Origin: Fimbriosthenelais zetlandica
Taxonomy: Eukaryota
DNA length: 64,000 nt
Reading direction: 5' to 3'
NCBI GenBank assembly: GCA_977030845.1
Contig: OZ365110.1
Coordinates: forward strand, 29,202,001 to 29,266,000
Positions within the stretch are counted from its first letter, which is position 1, and each line of letters begins with the position of its first letter. Positions 50,541 to 62,720 of this stretch are shown here, one piece after another. A program made the translations under genes and the position numbers. The notes under the pieces were generated by a model. It did not search any database. It saw only the letters and a program-made list of their open reading frames with translations, and was not told the DNA's origin.

Positions 50541-53500
50541 ACAAGTGAGTGTTGAGTGGGGGGCTCAGGTCTAGCTGCCTTGATGGATGACATGGAAGTG
50601 TATGTCAGGCCTGACACAGAGACATGCCTCACTGCTCACTCTAAAAAAAAGTGTCCCAGGAAGATATGTTTACAGTGATTGGGCAGTCACTGTAACATAT
50701 GAAAGACAAGGCTATGTAAATCTTCTAACATTGTAAAAACCATAACTAGATTTCCTTGTTAAACCAATTAGACCATTATAAAGAATACAGCTATATATAT
50801 ATTACTTGGGGAAGACCACCATCCACGTTCCAGATGCATCTATCAAGATGAAGTTATGGGGTTTTTTTTGCAAGCAGATAGGATCAATTTCCCTCGCCGT
50901 GAAAGATTCAATTTCTTGCAAAAACAAAGATGGGGAGAAGTAATATCACTTTTTTCAAAGCCAGACTTTTATCAATGAGAACTCCAGCCTTGAGGAGGCA
51001 GATTGTGTGTGTCAAATGGAGACATTTAACAGCGTCTCTCCACAATGCCATCTCTCCTCCCAGTCACTGAGGCCACATATTATTGGCAGCGACAATTTTG
51101 TAGCCTGCAGAAAAGGCCACTTCACACCCTCCACATCGCAGTTGCTGTCGCTGCAGTAAGTCAGTCAATCTCCTCGCAGACCTGGAGGTGTACCGGCGGT
51201 GATAGTCAAGGACTGTCAGCCCTCCTACTGAATAATCTTATCAAAATTTCATCAACTCATTGTTGAAGTTAATGGCTTATGAAGGCAGCTTCAACAATAC
51301 TCGTAGCGAATGAGCCGAGCATCCTCTGACACTTGGGTTTCATTGTTGGACAAAGATCAAGCACATAAAGAGGTAATATACAAGCACATACAAAGGTAAT
51401 ACATGTATAGGGCGGGCGAGCCATAATAAAGACCCGGGGATTTGCTTAGAATCTTCTGTGGTGCCATTAGTATTTTGCCTCCTATTAAGTTTAACGGAAG
51501 CTCACGCTGAATTGACGAGAACTGACTCCAATCTGGGTCACACCATCCCCAGCTCCCTTGCCTGCCACGCATTGTCTATCCTGAACTGGAAACCTGATCA
51601 ATTCCAAGCCATCTGATATCATTAAGATTTTTTGATTCCAAATTTTCAGCCAAGCTTGGAACCGGCTGAATGGGTGGGGCTGGGAATCAAGAAATGAACT
51701 CCATTCAATGCAGCGATTGAATGCATCATCAAAGAACTTTAAAAGTAAAGATGTGATGAAATAACCACCAATCATAGAATGCCAATCCTGTGAAGGCTTC
51801 AGGTTTTGAGAGGAGAATAATTTATAAATAATTGTCTGAGGGGAGGACTCTGATGAGTGAATGATCTTTTGTCAAGTCGATTGGCTGGTCTAATTTTGGT
51901 AAGGGCAGAGAGATTGTGGCCTTGACTAATGACAGAACTAAGCGGCTGATGTAAGCAGGAATGACACGTACAATGTTACACACTTAGTGCAGGCCATACC
52001 CCTACTAAATGTCAACAACTTAAAATAGTCACAATATGCCACTTTAGTCCCAAGTCATTCGTTAGCTTTAATTCTTATTCTCCCCACATTCCTACTTCCT
52101 CCTACACTCGGCTATAGGTTGTGGTTGCCGGTGGTTTGTGGTGTAAAGATAATATTTCCATGGGGTGGGAGTCTATGGGGCTTAACCAGACTGGGACTTC
52201 CAATAACTTAAATGCACAGATTCCATGTTAAGCTTTCATTAGCTTCACAAGTGAAAGGTAAAATGAGTACCAAATACTTAAGACCAAAATCCACAAGGCT
52301 GATGTTCCCATCAATTGGTTGATATTGGCTGCTACCTTTCAATTTGGTACCTCTGTAACTGTGTAAGGCAAAACCTAACCCGTTGAAAAGTACCTCGACT
52401 CAGAATGCTGGATTTAAAGTCATCCACATTAGACCAATCTCAAGATTTTCATTGTTTCGGTTTTGCCTTTTAACAAACTAATTCACCCAACTAGGCCTGG
52501 TCCAGGGTAACCTTTAACAGCCAAATTTATACTTCCCCTTGTTATCTCACCAGACGATGGCTATCTAATAGCTTGCCCATAAAAAAATGGACCTTTTGAT
52601 CTATGTTAACTCTCAACCTTCGGCCATCATCCTATACTGCCAGAGCAGTTAGTTGTCAGACAGGAAAATGGCTTAGCTTGCACTTTTCCTGCCCAGTTAT
52701 TTTTATTGAGCATTGCCACAGTGTTTGTCTTGTGGTCGTGTGTAATTACAGAGAGTGAAATACGATGTTTGGCCATGGATTACTTGAATTGCTCACGCAT
52801 CAATTATGTAGCAGCTAACGACACCTGCTCAACACGAGAGCCCAGCCTCCATTGACCTCTACCGGGATTCCGCAGGGAGATTCCAGAGGACATGCTACAG
52901 CTTTCAGATGACCTGGAGAAATTTAGCTTCTTTCGCACACAAAATGCTTCCGAGCCAATCCCTTCAGTTCAGTAATCCTTCATCCTGGCGACAAAAGGGT
53001 ATTAGCCCTAGCGGTGACATGAATTTGTTATCGCCAGGAGCCATTGAGCATCGGTGTTGACCAATGAGATTGGCGTTTACAGCCTACCACCAGAGAAACA
53101 CACACACCCGTGGAAAACTAACAACTGTGTGTATAAGCACTTGGCTTACAGCAGACAAATGAGTGTTCCACTTTGGAGCAAATAGGCAAGATCAACTTTC
53201 AAGAGAGGGTGCTGCAAGAAAGCTATTAATCTGTGGCTTTTCCATTGGAAGACAAAGGTTGTACTATTGCAACCTACTTCCACGGGGCATAAAGTTGTTA
53301 TGTCCATGAGGAAGGGGGTGCAAGGAAAACACCTCAGTGGTTTTAAAGGTGTCGATGAGTGGCTTGAGGGTATAGAACAGTAATTCATGAGGTGTTATTT
53401 AACCTTGCAGGCACTGCCTGTCCAATGTCTATCACCTGTCTCAATGTCTTCCCATATTTATCATCATTAACCCAATTAAACTCAATGTCACTGGGGCAGC

Positions 53501-54689
53501 TAAACATTATGAGCAGATATCAGCTGGAGGCCCAATTGAATTAATTCAAAAAAGAGCCATGTACTGTAAAGCAGCTGTTAGACTTCTTTATGCTATTCAT
53601 TCAAATAATACATTTCCATTCATCTGGTGCCAAGGAAAGGGGAAATACAGTAGCAAGTTCCTCCAAAAGCCCAGTCATATTAACGAGAGTATTTTACTCT
53701 CGTTGGTCATATTAAGGGTGGTAATTAAACCGACATTCCCAAACAGTGGGACATTTTCAAACACAGTAACTAACGAATACTTAAGTCTCAGGACACAACA
53801 TGAAAGTATGGAAACAGAGAAACCCAACAGCTGACCGAATAGTAAATTTAAAGGATATGCCTTGGACTAGTGTAAAACATATACTCTCATATTGAAATCT
53901 CTTCATCAGGGCTCTATCATAATACTTTTGGTCACTTTTCCCCCCGCGATCTCTCCCCCTGTCTGTCCGTCTGTGGGACTGTCCATCTATCAGTCGTGGC
54001 GAGGAAGACTTGTGCTCCCTTGATCATCATTCCCTTCATCCACCCAGTCAGCCTCATATTTTATTCACAGCCTCCTGCCTTCCGGCATATGACAATAGGC
54101 TGCGATCGATGATGGCCGTTAACTAAGAGTCCAACATGCCAGTCCTAGTCCAAGAGGGGCATATCTAAAGACTCGGAGGGGCAAGAGTGCATTAAGATTT
54201 GAGAATCAAGAAGGACAGAGAAATCAGCCTTTCTAAAAGTCCGGTTCTCAGGTTCCAGTCCCAACACCCATTTTCCGTCCACACATTCTTATCACCTAAT
54301 TATTTTTCTTTTGCATCTTAAATATGAGGGTATTCAATTGGCTATGAATTTGAATAAGCATGATGTGCAAGAGAATCGCCTATAAATGCATCACTAACTG
54401 AGGAATGCAGAAAGACCAGTATACAGATAAAATTATATATACTGGTATGCAGAGAAATACAAATAAATCCATAGATTACCATGAAATCAGTCACTTTTCT
54501 TTCCCATCAGCGATAAAAGATGTTAAAATTAGAGTGCTTGCCCTTCCTTTCCCTTTCAACACACCGGAGTAGGCACTTGTGCCTGCATCACCAGAGAAGT
54601 CCTAATGCCTTGGCTTTAAAGGCCCAGCCTGAGGCAAGACATTGATGTCAAAAGCAACTGGTGGCCTAGACTGGCCACATCAGAGAACA

Positions 54690-54760
54690 GAGGCAGAGGA
54701 AGAGAGGAAAAGCTGGCGAGGTACTGCCGCCAAAGATCCAGCTCCTTCTGCAGGTTGCTT
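54690..54760 (+). mobile_element. Possible short Rex/L2 5' leader fragment
   Basis: RQRKRGKAGEVL (cf. RKRG.RAG.L). Single motif. Confidence 0.25.
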
Positions 54761-55559
54761 AAAATGCAATTCATAGGCTATAATTATTATATATTCCCAA
54801 AACAAAGGTGTTTCTCACTTAGATCGCACTCTCAATCTGACAATCAATAATGTCCTACCAACAAAATAAGTCACGAGAAAGTATTTCTCATTTTTCAATA
54901 ATGGAAGCAATATATCGTGTATGCTCTTTGACCTGGACATAAACAGTAGGAAACATGGCTGGCCTTTTGATAACCCAATTAACATGGCAGGTCCTGCCGA
55001 GAATATGACCAGGCGACGTGTTTTGCATTCATGGTAATGTAATATTGGTGGACGCTACACTTAAGACAAACTCAAAAAGGTTCTTGTGATCATGCCAGAG
55101 ATTGAAGAGGCTGAGGAGGTTGAGGAAAACAGTTTATCATTCTAAAAAAAAAGTCTTCGCTCAGTATCAGAATTTATCAAGTACTTAGAGACCTTTCACC
55201 TGGTACTGGATTGAAGTTTATACCTGTCATTTTTTTTTGCATCTGATCATATTCCAAGTTTCATTTTATTTAACGTGCAGCAAGGCTTTTATTTACCTTG
55301 CAATAATTGTGCCGTAAGGGCCTTTTTAAGAACAGATAAATCTCACTCACTTTACGCCATAAGCTAGAATAACTTAAGCCTTGCATCCCCAGAAGCATTC
55401 CTATATAGCCCAGTATTCCGAGAAGACAATATATCGGGAAGTGTACCAAAGGAACTCGCAGATATTGGTATAAGGAAACCAAACATTGATTCATTAGCAT
55501 GACAACAAGTCTTGTTACAAAAATGTTGTCTCAATTACAATGCCTCAACTACAAAGGCC

Positions 55560-55830
55560 TACATCGTCCCAACGACACCGCCTCAGCTCCGTAATAAATC
55601 AGGCCCACGCCGCCCCCAACAACCAATCAATCCAACGGCGACGACAGGGGTTTTTAGCGGCGATCTACCGCTAGGAAAGGAGTCATTATACTGGGTACAC
55701 TTTGTCTTAGCGTTATCAAATATTGATATGCTCACCCGATGCTGGCTGAATCCAAGATGGCGCAGATGTACGGTATTAGAGGCGAAAGTCTGCCGAGTGC
55801 TATGTAGTCGCCGAAGAGGTACTTGTTAGG
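55560..55830. promoter_or_regulatory. CpG-rich patch with YY1 and CCAAT motifs (promoter or transposon end)
   Basis: CAAGATGGCG 55753-55762 and CCAAT 55623-55627, with locally high CpG. Confidence 0.3.
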
Positions 55831-57870
55831 GTAATGACCAACCAGGCTCAGTAATAGCCGTTTTGTGAAGCTTCTGTGAGTCATCTTAGTGAAAATGAAA
55901 AATGTCAGGAGATTAATCATTTACTCATTCATTCTGGAATAATATATAATCTTGATACATGTTAAACTTTTTTCTTTTTTTTGTTTTAGAATTTTTATAG
56001 AGACATATTATTGGTGAAGCCAGCTCACACTCTTGATGATTCAAGTTTTACGTTTTCAGCTTAGGATTTGTCAGGGATATGGCTGTTTTTTTAAAACATG
56101 GAAGAGCTCATTACATTAAGATCCTGGCCTTTCAGACCTCCTTCAATTATAATTTTGTATCTGACAATAACATCAAGAAACAAAAGAAAAGGTTTATTGT
56201 TAAATACATGATAAGTGCCCTTCTCTATACAAACCAGTCGGCAATGAATAACATGAATTCAATACTATGCCGTTCTTTGATTACAACCATCAAAGGGGGA
56301 AAGAACCTACATCTACCTCCACTTAATCCAGTCCATACACAGTAAGATGCACATACTATGGTGTCTGGGTGACGGATTAGCAAATATTCAGGCCAGTGTG
56401 TATGTGAATGTGCGCAGTGTTCTTACTGCGGGTCCTGTCTTGGATCTTTAATGCTTTAAGCAAGCAAGGCTTTGTGGGAGCCTATTTTCTGTATGAGGTT
56501 TGATGGGGGAATGGCAAGGCGGGCCCAGAAGACTGTTCTTGATTGATGAGTATAGAGAAAATGGCTACAGTATGCTCTCTGTCTTCACAAATATTGTTTA
56601 CACGGAAGAGGGTCAGGGCAAAGTTTGTAGACAGGGAAAAAGTGAATAGTACAGAGACAAGCTAAGGTAACATATATAAGGACCGAATACATCAGATTAA
56701 TTTCTTAGACACTTATAGCACAGCCATTTGGCATACCTCAACCTGTAATATACCATTTAATACTTCAAATGGAATATTCTCTCCAAAGAAAATTTTACTG
56801 GACATGTAATACAATTACCATTCCAAGAAGGCATGAAGCTAGTGGCATTTCCCATAATTTCTCTAAAATCAGCCAAAGAAAAAGTTTTCAGTACTTCTTC
56901 TGCAACAATGTTACTAAAGGCGTTAAAAAATATCCCATCCAGATATTCCCACATAACCTGTGTCTATTGGATAGGATTTCTGCCATTTTTAGTATGTTTC
57001 CTGAGTTGTGTCTGTGAAGTTGCAAGTGGTTAACACGTGGTGGAAGTGGACCATGCCAAAACTGTCTCCTCCGTAGGTTATGAAACAAAAGCAGTCGCCA
57101 TCAGTATGAGTCAGACAGCTTTCAAGTCTGGTCTCTCTTCCCCATCGCCCATTCCTCCAAGTACTGGATGTTTTTCTCACATTCTTCTCCCTTTTACTTG
57201 CATCTATTCTTCAAGCAATGGCACTCCCATCGCTCCTCGTCTTCCTGTCCATCATTACCTCCCCTCTCCACTACCAGGGACAGGGCAGCCCATTAGATCT
57301 ATACCTCCTTCGATGAATGCATTACAATTTAATGTCGGAATGAAAAGGCATATATACACGTGTAGTATATCGACAGTAATAGAAAGGGTTGGTAATTAGT
57401 TCGTTGTAAATTCCTAAACCATTAGGCTACATTGGAAAGATGACATTATTTTTTATGAGATGGACAGTATTGGGACTGGACCTGCCACTAATGAGGCCCT
57501 CAAGTCAACTCTGCTATTATTTCCCTGGCTCCACGAGGAAGGGCTGAAGTTCCATTCTGATGGGCCCTTCACAATCTACTGGCAGGGGGATGACCTGAAG
57601 AAGGGCCAGGCTGGGGAGGCCAATTGTTAAACCTCTGAACACAGGGGCTGATCGAAAATTGCTTAAAGTGTATGAGCGTTCTTGCTCTATAATTATCTTT
57701 ACAATTTCCCTCCAACCGCTGAAGTTGAAATGCCTTACCAATTCATCCTGGTGAAATTATTGTTACTTATGTATGCCGCCGATGTATTTCCATGATTTTC
57801 ATGACCTCAAAGGTCATCATATCAAAAATGAAGGAATTACATGTACATTGACTAAATGGTCCATCGATGC

Positions 57871-58044
57871 ATCACAAGCCTTCCTGAATTGGATGGGTTA
57901 ATGATATCATGCAGGACTCTGTCATAGCAAGCCAGAACCAAGCACCAGGTGGCTCATCACTCTCCTATCCCTCCGTGACCCAAGTGCTTCCCACCTGCCC
58001 GGACCCATTTCCCTGCTGCCATCAGAGAGACTGGCTCTCTTCCG
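57871..58044 (+). mobile_element. 3' tail of a Rex/L2-group LINE ORF2
   Basis: One frame with two stops: ITSLPELD...HQVAHH...ARTHFPAAIRETGSLP (cf. LP.L...HP.HH...ART.R..SFFPAAIREWNSLP). Confidence 0.62.
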
Positions 58045-59209
58045 ACCCAAGACCCCACCCCACTGCTTGTCTAACATAGAAAGTCCTCGACATCTTATTC
58101 TCTACGGACCTTGCGCGGTCCCTCGAAAATTGCCGAAAACCCATCTATTTTCGGTAAATGATTGTCAAGCACTGGACATAATAAGTTCAGCTAATGGGAA
58201 GACCCATAGCCAATGACATTGAAAAAGTGGGCCACTTGCCATCGTTTATTCCACTTCTCTCATCTTGTAAAACTCGTTTTTTCAGTTGAAAGCTTTCACC
58301 GACTCCTATATTATTCTTTAGACAGAGTTCATGACTAAGAATAGAAAATCTTAAAAGCCGGGTCTCTTTTAATAGATGCAATGCAATCTATGTAGGGCTG
58401 TGGTTGATTTGCATTAAGATGCACAATTATAACTCCTCCTCTTTCATAAGAATCAGTTCAAAGTGCGGCCTTAATATTGGATCTACTTTCATCCTCAGGC
58501 CCTTTGTTTCAGCATCCCCTATTTAGAATAGCCCTGACTCTTTGGTCTTCCTTCACAGCCGTTTCCCTCGTGGAGACCTTCAAAATATGCTGCAACGGCA
58601 GATTTTTTAAAAGGGGAAAATGCTTAGAAATTTGTTTCGTGTCATTTATTGATATTGTATATTTCCGTCCACTCGTGCAGCGTCATTGGCTATGCTTTTT
58701 GTAGGTAGGAACGATAGCAATGATTTCTTGACATTTATTAATTAGTGACGGCTAATCACACCCAGGTGGCTCTGTTAGCATTTGGGAGGGCCAAAGGTGG
58801 GCCAGTTTTTCATACGGAAGTTGCTCGTTATATCTATGAGAAAATGTCAATTCATTGTCAAGGTTAGCACAATTTTATTATTAGGGCAGACCCGACATAT
58901 TTGGCTGAGTGAGAGAGATAAAACTCAAGTTGCACTTTTTCTTGCCGATGTTAGCACCAATTCAACGTTGGAGACCAAATTGGGAGTCTGGCTAATTGCT
59001 AATTTACCTTAACTGACATGAGTATTGTAGTTGTATTCAATATATTATAAGGGAGACTCGAGGCTGTTCGCACAGTGCTTTGGCTGTACACAACACAATG
59101 CTCTGACAGTTTGACCAAGGATAACCATCAAGAATGCTATATGGTCAGTAGGGACATGGGGCATAGAAAATAACCAAATGATTGGGGTGCTACAGAGAAG
59201 AACCACTTT

Positions 59210-60850
59210 CCTTATGTTGAACAGAAGAAGACCAAAGCAGATTAAACCAGGCAGCAACTGGCAAGACTTCACAGTCCGTTGCCGGGCCGTTGTATGAACA
59301 GCCGATGATTTTCCTCCAGGCCAGTGCACTAAGTTGATATGCCTGCAAAGTTTGACCCAGCAGGAAGAGTGTGTAAAAAGCCGAGCACGTACCTATCCTG
59401 AGAGTTGATCAAATTACCAGTGTGTGCCATGTCAGCAATTTGTTTGGCCTCCCACAGGCTGGCCAGGTCAGACCCTGTTGGTATCTGTGGTGGCAGGAAG
59501 CCACGGGGAGGGCTGGACTATTGGCTTATGGCTCAAGGTGAATGATCATTGTGTGCACCGAGGCGTGAAGAGCAAATCGGCCCCAACCGTGCCATTGGCT
59601 ACAGCTGATGGCCACTGGTCACAGTGATGGGGTGGTGTTTGGTGGGGCAAAGGGGTCCCAGGTCCGGACCTGCTCCCCTGGAAGCCATCCATCCTCCTTC
59701 CCACAGATCCATGTATATTCTCTACACGTCAGTTGGAAGGGGACTCCGCGAGCTCCTCTCCAACCATTGCGCTGCCAAACACCGAGCCGGCCTCCCCCGG
59801 CATTTACATTGCCAACACATCATTTGGCGCCCCAGCCTTGACCTTGCACACACCCAATCAAAAGACACTCGATTCATAGCTGATCTTTTTCCTCGGCCGA
59901 GTGATGACCAGCAATTCCTTGGCTCTGTATGAACCTGCAAGAGCAAGTGCCATACTTAACGGCAGTCTATATCCTATTTCATATTTCACTTGCTGATAAA
60001 AGAGGGATGCCTTTTGGCTCCCTTCACACCCAGGCTGTATCCAGAGGTTGAGCTCTGGATCAATCTGTGGGTATATTTACATTGCATAGATTCACTTTGA
60101 GATGGTGATGAATCGGTAGTGGATGCCTTGAGAAGGAATGTCTAAGTGTGTGGCCATCGGGGAGGAATTAGATACGAATCTTCCCCGTGAGAGCCATTCC
60201 GCCTCCTTGTTCAGTCAAGGGTGGTATTATCAGAAGTGTGCAAAATACTGACTTGGGTAAGGATAGTGGTGGCACGAAGAGAGTGGGGGAGCAGGCAGCA
60301 CCCCTTTGGCGCTTTGCCCCCTCCCCGATGCGCCCAGGAGCTGGGGAGAAGTCATTTCATGTGCAGGGAGTGCCTCGGGAATGAGTCGGTCCTCAAAGGT
60401 TCCTCTCCTACTGGTAAATGTATGACATGTTCCCGTTTTCCACCTCCTTCCATGCACAGCCTCTTAAGGCCTTATATGAGACTACATCATCCAGTATCAG
60501 GATCTGGTATAGGCGATTCCTTCGCGAACATTTCTACCCGATCTACTGAATCCACAGGGCTGCAAACAAGCTTCAAACAACCAATCTCTTTTCTTTTCTC
60601 TAATCACATCATAATTGAAGGCACCATGATGAGTCTTATTTTGTCGCCAACGACAGAGCGGGTGGAAAAAAGTACTCAACTTGAAATAAAAGCCTGTTGA
60701 CTCGACAGCAAAGGCCACGGGAAGGAAGCCTGGGCTACCAATGGGAGCAGAATGAGTGACAGAGTAAAGTCCCTCCCGTTAGCAACGTTATAAGCTTTCT
60801 AGACGTGCCCACATTGTTTACAGAGGCTTTGCCGGTCAATGATAATACAT
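59210..60850 (-). mobile_element. Decayed Rex1/Babar-like LINE: RT domain through 3' tail
   Basis: GKASVNNV (~60830), QPCGFSRSGRNVREGIAY (cf. QFAYRSGRSVEDAI), KAPKGCCLLP (~60310; cf. GAPQGCVLSP), ILHTSDNTTL (~60240; cf. ILKFADDTTL), AKELLVI (cf. TKELIID) and PGGKS (cf. PSGKR), in order. Confidence 0.7.
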
Positions 60851-61391
60851 TACCTGAGTAGAGAACCACCAATATCAGGTATAATGAAGCTAGCCAAGCG
60901 GCAATCGCTCCTTGTTCATGGCCATTCTCTGTGAAATATTCACCATTTGTTTGTCGGCAGATATTTGTGAGAAAGGCCAATATGCTTTGACAACTGTGTG
61001 TTCTTCTCAGGCTTTCTGTAGGATTTTTTTGCCACACTTCACTGAAATGAACCCAATGCAAACATGGACTTCAGTGCAAATAATTGAGCACTGCTGAATC
61101 GAGTGCCAACAGTCTGTGGAGTGGTTCTCAAAATATTCTCCTTTGTTCTGTTGAGTTATTGATCCTGGATGGGAGACTTAGAAAGCTGCTGACTTTCACC
61201 CAATGACGTTCATACATGGCATCAGTTCTAGGCCCTTTTTACAATGCTGGAAGTAATGACCTGGCGATGGCATCCCGATTCGCACAAATTTTTAGAGGAG
61301 GCTCAGACCTACCGCGAACACTACCGCTTCATTCTATTGAACTTAAGCTTTCTGTCGGTTGTGCGATGGGGTTTGCTATGTAGTATGCTTT

Positions 61392-61839
61392 ACATTAGTG
61401 CAATCTGTTTAGCGGTTATGTTCGCGTATAATACAAAAACCTATGATATATATGTAAGAATATATAATGAACGAAATAACTTCACAGGAATTGAAGAGTA
61501 TAATTATAACTTCCAGGACTGACCATGATGTAGTAGAAATTATTATTATATTATAATTTTTGGGACATTTTGCTCATTTGCGTGCTTAACTGTGAACTTG
61601 TTCGCGCTCAAGGCAAAAGCTTGCCGCCCTTCCCCTTTGAAGTGTTCATGAGAAAACATTTATTTTAATATTAACATCATTTAATTTAAATTTAAATTTC
61701 CTACGAAATTTCGAAAAAGTTGGTTAAACACAATGTAGTCTATGCTTCACAGATCTTAAATTTATCAATAGAATTATATCACGGACTTTAATTTTTAGTA
61801 TATCCGCATACTTTACCGCATAAAGCTGAGCACTAATGT
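61392..61839. repeat. Old imperfect inverted repeat (~42-bp arms), possible MITE
   Basis: ACATTAGTGC...GCGGT...GCG...ATAC at 61392-61434 versus the reverse complement of 61798-61839. There is a 10-bp exact core plus scattered matches. Confidence 0.35.
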
Positions 61840-62399
61840 TCGCTATAAGTTTGCGCTCATGTTCATAGCGGGATTATGTAATAATAGGTTTGCACTGCGA
61901 AATTGGTAGCGGTGAAATATGCGCTATGTTTTTACTATAAGTAGCCCTATACTATAAATCAAATTTAATGTTGAATAATACAAAGAATTTCCGTCGCGAT
62001 ATCTTACGTGGGTCCATGTCTAAACTTATATACATATTTGCTCCGATATGTCTAAAGATGTGTGATATATAATTATGACTGGAAATGACCGTAATTTATT
62101 ATATCTTACGAGTTAAAATATGGTAACACCGGACTAGATAGTTTGATAGTTTGACCCTCATGGTATAGAGCCTCAAATTCTCCATTGCTGCCGTATCCTA
62201 GGTGCCGCACTTTGGGTCATTCACATGTACTTTCATAGGGCGAGCATTCAGGAATGAATGTATAGTGAGCTTGGAAACATGGTGGGCAATATCTTTTACA
62301 AATCTTACAGGATATCGCTAAAGAAATTCCCATCTGCACACCACTCGCCAACTCTTTTATGGCCTGTGCTAAGCATATTGTTGGTGGGCGATAAAACGT

Positions 62400-62720
62400 G
62401 AAAGGGCGCCCTGAGAGCTACCGGAAGTAATGATCAATCACTGGTGGAGTACGTCCAATGGCCTGCGCCCCTTCCCATGATTCTGCTGGATTGCGCCTGC
62501 GCACTGCGTATGCCTAACTGTCGACCAACTTCCGCACATCTTTGATTAACCTCCTCTGCCTCGACATGCCTTTAAAAAGGCTGTTCCAGCTAGCCTAATT
62601 GGAGCGGGTGTCTCGAAGGATATTTCCAAACTTTATAACGCTATCGCTTTGCTTCCGCAAGTGGCATGCCCCTTGGTGAAAACAGAGCGGTTGACAGGAA
62701 GTTGCCAATATCTTTCTACT
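62400..62720. promoter_or_regulatory. Promoter-like CpG-rich island with ETS and NRF1 motifs
   Basis: ACCGGAAGT 62420-62428, TGCGCCTGCGCA 62491-62502, ACTTCCGC 62528-62535, GCTTCCGC 62651-62658, CAGGAAGT 62695-62702, and CCAAT near 62456. Confidence 0.45.

Noticed and set aside
1914-53860. Several TTAAAG... starts suggestive of Kolobok ends (e.g. ~1915, 8364, 13137, 44965, 53848)
   Set aside because: No matching inverted far ends were found by eye.
56757-56954. MULE transposase fragment (YLDGIF...IFHL)
   Set aside because: The distance between the motifs is much shorter than in real MULE DDE domains, and there is no other support.
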